Shown: piece after piece, positions 59,818 to 64,000 of the stretch
Layout of the letters: each line of letters begins with the position of its first letter
Numbering within the stretch: the first letter of the stretch is position 1
Virus record (IMG/VR): IMGVR_UViG_3300021431_000003
Location: 128,001 to 192,000 of that record
Reading direction: 5' to 3' (one strand)
Source: a virus
Taxonomy: Duplodnaviria > Caudoviricetes
DNA: 64,000 nucleotides
The notes under the pieces: generated by a model
Told to the model about the DNA's origin: nothing
What the model saw: only the letters and a program-made list of their open reading frames with translations
The model's database searches: none
Program-made: the position numbers and the translations under genes

Positions 59818-61413
59818 TTAATCTTCACATGCTTGACAAGCTTCAATCATAGCGTACTCTTCTTCTGTAATCTCATCGATACCAAGCTGAGTAAAGCTAT
59901 TGATACAAATCATTGTATCTGTCTGTAATGCCATGTTAGCATTAAACATACCATCATTATAACTGATTTGCATAGACAGTCTTGGATTAAACAGTCTTGC
60001 TGCATTAATCAAGAAGTCATCATTAATGATGAGCATAATATTCAACGTATCTCCATCGAAGTCCGCACCCATCGATTTAAGAATCTCATGAGGTACACGA
60101 CAGCTATAAGTGTCATCCTTAGTAACTCCAATAAGATGAAGCTGGATAATACTTGCAGGTGAGATACTAGGATTACGATTCAGAATGATTCCTACATACT
60201 GACTATCAATAATAGATTGAATCAGGTCAGCAATCATAGGATTATATTCAATTCTCGCTTCATCCCAGATACGATATGCTTCTGACGGACTATAGGTTTT
60301 TGTCAAGATATTGATGATTGTCAAACTCATCAACTCAATCAAAGTAGAGTATGGAAGAATAATCTCATCAATTCTTAACTCTGGATCGGGAATGATTACA
60401 TTACGAGCAGTAAAGTTATATCTACCACCATTGAGTGAGCGGAAATAACCTTTCTTCTGTGCAATAATCTTTTCCAAATCAGCATAGATTTCCATAAAGT
60501 TCATCTGGATATCATAGATAAGCTGATTGGTAGGCTTCTTTCTACCACGAGAGTTAAACTCTGCTTTATTAAGCTTTGCTGCTGTACCTGCAATTACATT
60601 ATACTTAGCATTATTACCCTCAAAGTTGAAGTGATTCTTCTTGATACTATAGGGTCTAAGCTGACTTGTATATACAGGTAGGCTATGTGTAAAGATGAGC
60701 TTTTTATGAGACATGATATCATCATAGAACTCAAGCTTTGTAGGATTGTTCTTATGCTTATTTCTGAAGAATTCCATTACTTCATCAAAGCGAGCACGAA
60801 ACTCTTCAAATCCTAACCCGATAAAAGGATTATTCTTTAATGGGTCTTTCTTAATCTGAAATCCATCTTCGTCAATCTTATAATCAAGATTAATGATAGA
60901 ATCCAGATTCTTCTTACCGATAAAACTAATGAGCTTCTTAAACATATTTGGGTGAATAATAAAGTGAGGCTCATTAATCTTAATCCAACCAGTAATACTG
61001 AAGTCATTACTTACATACTTGACTTTAGTATGACAGATAGGACAAAGTAAACCATTGTTTACCTTCATTTGTGTCCTACCACATTCACACTTATAGACAT
61101 CTCCAAAAGGTGTCATATCATCAATCTGTAGACCATATCTACTAGAGAAGATACTGTCCTGACTTCTGACATCTTTCTTAATATCCTGCTTCTTTGTGAT
61201 TAAGAATCCAGTACCTTTAATTAAATCTTCCTCACATTCTTCATCAAGGTCGATTACCTCGATTCTAGATTCATAACGATACTTAGGACGTCCTTGTTCA
61301 TCTAATGACTGATTATTAGGATAATTACCTTTAACTTCAATCATATAGAAATTACTCAGACGTTCATACAGATAATCGTAATTCTCTGTATGAGTTACGG
61401 TTTGCTGTGACAT
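59818..61413 (-). CDS. rpoC: Multisubunit RNA polymerase beta' N-terminal subunit (catalytic), non-virion type (AR9 gp270-like)
   Basis: CECG..CPIC zinc site, LPV....LRP, KKGYFR...GGR.NFTARNVI.P, LNRNPS, catalytic GADFDGD near the C-terminus. Confidence 0.9.
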   Translation of the reverse strand: MSQQTVTHTENYDYLYERLSNFYMIEVKGNYPNNQSLDEQGRPKYRYESRIEVIDLDEECEEDLIKGTGFLITKKQDIKKDVRSQDSIFSSRYGLQIDDMTPFGDVYKCECGRTQMKVNNGLLCPICHTKVKYVSNDFSITGWIKINEPHFIIHPNMFKKLISFIGKKNLDSIINLDYKIDEDGFQIKKDPLKNNPFIGLGFEEFRARFDEVMEFFRNKHKNNPTKLEFYDDIMSHKKLIFTHSLPVYTSQLRPYSIKKNHFNFEGNNAKYNVIAGTAAKLNKAEFNSRGRKKPTNQLIYDIQMNFMEIYADLEKIIAQKKGYFRSLNGGRYNFTARNVIIPDPELRIDEIILPYSTLIELMSLTIINILTKTYSPSEAYRIWDEARIEYNPMIADLIQSIIDSQYVGIILNRNPSISPASIIQLHLIGVTKDDTYSCRVPHEILKSMGADFDGDTLNIMLIINDDFLINAARLFNPRLSMQISYNDGMFNANMALQTDTMICINSFTQLGIDEITEEEYAMIEACQACED

Positions 61414-61461
61414 ATCGGTTCCTCCTTATACATTTATTAATGTTAAGTTATCGTCAATGTT

Positions 61462-61926
61462 TTACATAAAAATGTCACCTCCAATTAAGATACCATCTTT
61501 AAATTCATTAAAATACTTATATGTCTTCTTGATTGTCAAAGTATAACAATTGATTATAATCTCTGGATCTGATACAAAATACTTTGCATATTTGTCTAAG
61601 ACACCACAACGACGAATAATACTTTCTAACTTTGCTTTAGTAATATCCTCGTCAAATTCAATATCTTCTTTTGCTGTGATATCAAGTTCTGGAATTGTCT
61701 TATGGTCAGACAATATACCAGGATCTGTCTTAATAACAAAACTTACATCTTCATCAAAATCTTGTGTTATAGTAACACTAAGATTCTCTATCACTAGAAC
61801 TTTACTTCTAATGATATTAGGGTCAGTTACCTCTTTAGGAAAAGGTTTCTCTTTCATTGCATCTATGAGAGCCACATATTTAGGAGTGGGTTTCTCATCT
61901 GTATTATTAATAGCAACTACTTTCAT
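61462..61926 (-). CDS. Hypothetical protein
   Basis: Start MKVVAIN behind AAGGAGG; promoter at 61980-61987. Confidence 0.75.
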   Translation of the reverse strand: MKVVAINNTDEKPTPKYVALIDAMKEKPFPKEVTDPNIIRSKVLVIENLSVTITQDFDEDVSFVIKTDPGILSDHKTIPELDITAKEDIEFDEDITKAKLESIIRRCGVLDKYAKYFVSDPEIIINCYTLTIKKTYKYFNEFKDGILIGGDIFM

Positions 61927-61996
61927 ATATAGATACCTCCTTAAACATATTATCATAGAGTTGCTCACTTGCCATTTTTATAATATACAGTTATCT

Positions 61997-62398
61997 TTAC
62001 CAATGTATAAAGTTACAGAATTTCATCAAGTGAGTAACAATTTCAACAGACGAGTTAGCATCGTCTATAACTTTAGTATATATTGAATATCTTGTATTAT
62101 TACATAGGATATAAAAATGTATTTTATATATACACTTCCAACTAAATTTTCGTTTAGCTGTACATGATAAAGTAATTACACATCTTGGTATATCATCTTG
62201 TTCTGTGACAATATCATACAAATCTTCTTCTTGGTATATTTCTTTTAGACCAGTAAGGTCGTCATATATAATACCGTGAACTTTTCTCCAAAGTTTATCA
62301 TAAACTTTATTATACTCATTTTCTACATTATCCATACTAATATCAACAATCTTAAACCCAAGATTGTTTTTATCTTTTCTTGTTATTACTTTTAGCAT
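61997..62398 (-). CDS. Hypothetical protein
   Basis: AAGGAAGG RBS; promoter at 62456-62463. Confidence 0.7.
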   Translation of the reverse strand: MLKVITRKDKNNLGFKIVDISMDNVENEYNKVYDKLWRKVHGIIYDDLTGLKEIYQEEDLYDIVTEQDDIPRCVITLSCTAKRKFSWKCIYKIHFYILCNNTRYSIYTKVIDDANSSVEIVTHLMKFCNFIHW

Positions 62399-62564
62399 AG
62401 TAATTCCTTCCTTTCTTGACTTAAGTCAAATAAGATTTAGACTATGTCTATTTATATTATATATAATTTTCATCAAACTTACATTAATACGTAGCAAATA
62501 TGTTCTCTCATTTTTACAACCTCAACAATTTAGTAATATCATATATACATAAGGAGGTATTTAT

Positions 62565-63779
62565 ATGGCAAATAAAGTTAGAAAAAGCAGACTTATTAAG
62601 AAAGAAGAAGCTGAATATCTTATCTCTCTTTCTAGTAAAGAGTGTTTAAAGACTTCTATTTTTATGGAATGCTTTGGTGAGTTTAATGGTAAGAAGAAGT
62701 TTAATACTTATGATATAATGGAAGTACCACCTAAGTCATATCATAATAACAAAAATACTTTCACTACTACTGTAGGTTCTTGGTTCTTCAATAAAGGCTG
62801 TATTGACTATCCTGGTTTATTTGATGAACTTGGCTACTTCAATGAGCCATTCAATAAGAAAGCTTATTTTGCTATGAAAGATAAGCTCTCTCTTGCTATT
62901 CTAGAAGATAGGATTACTGTACCACAATTCAAACAGTGGATTATGTGTCTTCAAAAGTTCATGAACTACTCTTCTGTTATCTGTACTACTACATCAGAAG
63001 ACATGTTATTAATCTCTAAGAAGATTGAACCTAAGAAAAAAGAACTCTTAAAGAAATATGAAAAAGAGATTGCTAACGGAGATGCATTTACAATAGAGAA
63101 GATTGAACAGGAATTACTTCAGTATTGTGAAGATACTCTTAAAGATGACCCAGCTTGGGATAATATCAAAGCTGGTGCAGGTGCTGACCTAAGTAATAAC
63201 TTTAAGAATATGTATGTTATGAAAGGTGCTGCTAAAGATCCAGACCCTACAAAGGGATATAACATTATCACTTCTTGTTATTCTGAAGGTGTATCTAAAG
63301 ATGACTATGCAGCAATGTCTAACTCTCTTGCTGCAGGTCCATATGCTCGTGCAAGAAAAACTGCTATTTGGGGTTATGAAGAAAAGAAGTTCTTATTAGC
63401 ATTCCAACATGTTAAATTAGGTCCTAAAGGTAGTGACTGTGGAACTAAAAAGACTATCACCGTAACACTAGATGGAAACTACTTAAAGATGCTTATGTAT
63501 TCTTATATAGTAGAAGGCAATAAATTAGTAAGACTTGATAGTACTAATATGGATAAGTATAAGGGTAAGACAGTAAAGATGCGTTTCAGTAGCTTATGTA
63601 AGAACGAGTGTATCTGTAATAAGTGTGCTGGAGACCTATACTACTTACTGGATACCCCAAACATCGGTACAGCAACACCACAGTTAGCTAGTGCTGTGAA
63701 GAACGTTATGATGAAAAGTTTCCATGACTCCACTGAAAAATTTACACAAATGAACGCAATGGAGGCTTTCGGAGAATAA
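62565..63779 (+). CDS. rpoC: RNA polymerase beta' middle fragment (bridge helix/trigger loop), probably virion RNAP
   Basis: KTA..GY..KK bridge helix, DCGT, R....C.....C.KC.G zinc site, MKSFH trigger loop; late promoter at 62524. Confidence 0.85.
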   Translation: MANKVRKSRLIKKEEAEYLISLSSKECLKTSIFMECFGEFNGKKKFNTYDIMEVPPKSYHNNKNTFTTTVGSWFFNKGCIDYPGLFDELGYFNEPFNKKAYFAMKDKLSLAILEDRITVPQFKQWIMCLQKFMNYSSVICTTTSEDMLLISKKIEPKKKELLKKYEKEIANGDAFTIEKIEQELLQYCEDTLKDDPAWDNIKAGAGADLSNNFKNMYVMKGAAKDPDPTKGYNIITSCYSEGVSKDDYAAMSNSLAAGPYARARKTAIWGYEEKKFLLAFQHVKLGPKGSDCGTKKTITVTLDGNYLKMLMYSYIVEGNKLVRLDSTNMDKYKGKTVKMRFSSLCKNECICNKCAGDLYYLLDTPNIGTATPQLASAVKNVMMKSFHDSTEKFTQMNAMEAFGE

Positions 63780-63874
63780 TTTTTATTTTATTATATAGTT
63801 TATTATAATTACCTCTTATTTAAATAAAATTTACTATAACATATAAGTAATATTATTTACTAGGAGGTATTATA

Positions 63875-64000
63875 ATGAACCTAAAGTATAAACCAATTGA
63901 GATAGGACAAATAAGTAATGATATGTATGTTATTGGAGATTTCAGAGATGAAAAGAATAACAGACGTATGCTTAAGTGTAGATGTAACAAGTGCGGTAGA
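63875..64000 (+). CDS. Truncated ORF, probably a second HNH endonuclease
   Basis: MNLKYKPIEIGQISNDMYVIGDFRDEKNNRRMLKCRCNKCGR parallels the N-terminus of 9971..10660 (EVG...GDM.I.G..R.....L.C.C..CG). Confidence 0.55.
   Translation, partial: MNLKYKPIEIGQISNDMYVIGDFRDEKNNRRMLKCRCNKCGR

Noticed and set aside
1-64000. Stop-codon reassignment, tRNA/rRNA genes, phage nucleus (ChmA/PhuZ) genes
   Set aside because: Code 11 gives dense full-length ORFs; I saw no tRNA/rRNA-like sequence and no recognisable shell or tubulin gene.

Overview
AT-rich (roughly 30% GC by eye), densely coded segment of a jumbo myophage of the phiKZ/AR9(PBS1)-like type, standard genetic code. The host is probably an anaerobic Gram-positive Firmicute (class III RNR nrdD/nrdG, GH25+M15 endolysin, strong GGAGG RBSs). 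Core genes: two split beta'-like RNA polymerase subunits, an AR9 gp226-like sigma-like subunit, terminase large subunit, GroEL-like chaperonin, neck/baseplate/tail proteins, endolysin and a holin candidate. Features the ORF track does not show: (i) a 326-nt ORF-less group I intron in nrdD; (ii) two phage promoter classes readable across the window (22 AAC(A/T)-N6-TA late-type sites; about 12 TATA(T/C)(T/A)AT-N4-purine early-type sites, many followed by a 5' hairpin); (iii) a likely -1 programmed frameshift at the end of a gp26-like hub/tail-chaperone gene; (iv) an accessory island with two AIPR (ParB-like) genes, one bounded by a 47-bp hairpin direct repeat; (v) a coupled DUF6275 + Tad2-like anti-defence pair; (vi) long structured leaders with SD-occluding hairpins; (vii) a kinase-like / DUF488-like x2 / PolB-palm-like gene cluster. 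All family assignments come from motif recognition by eye; no database search was run.
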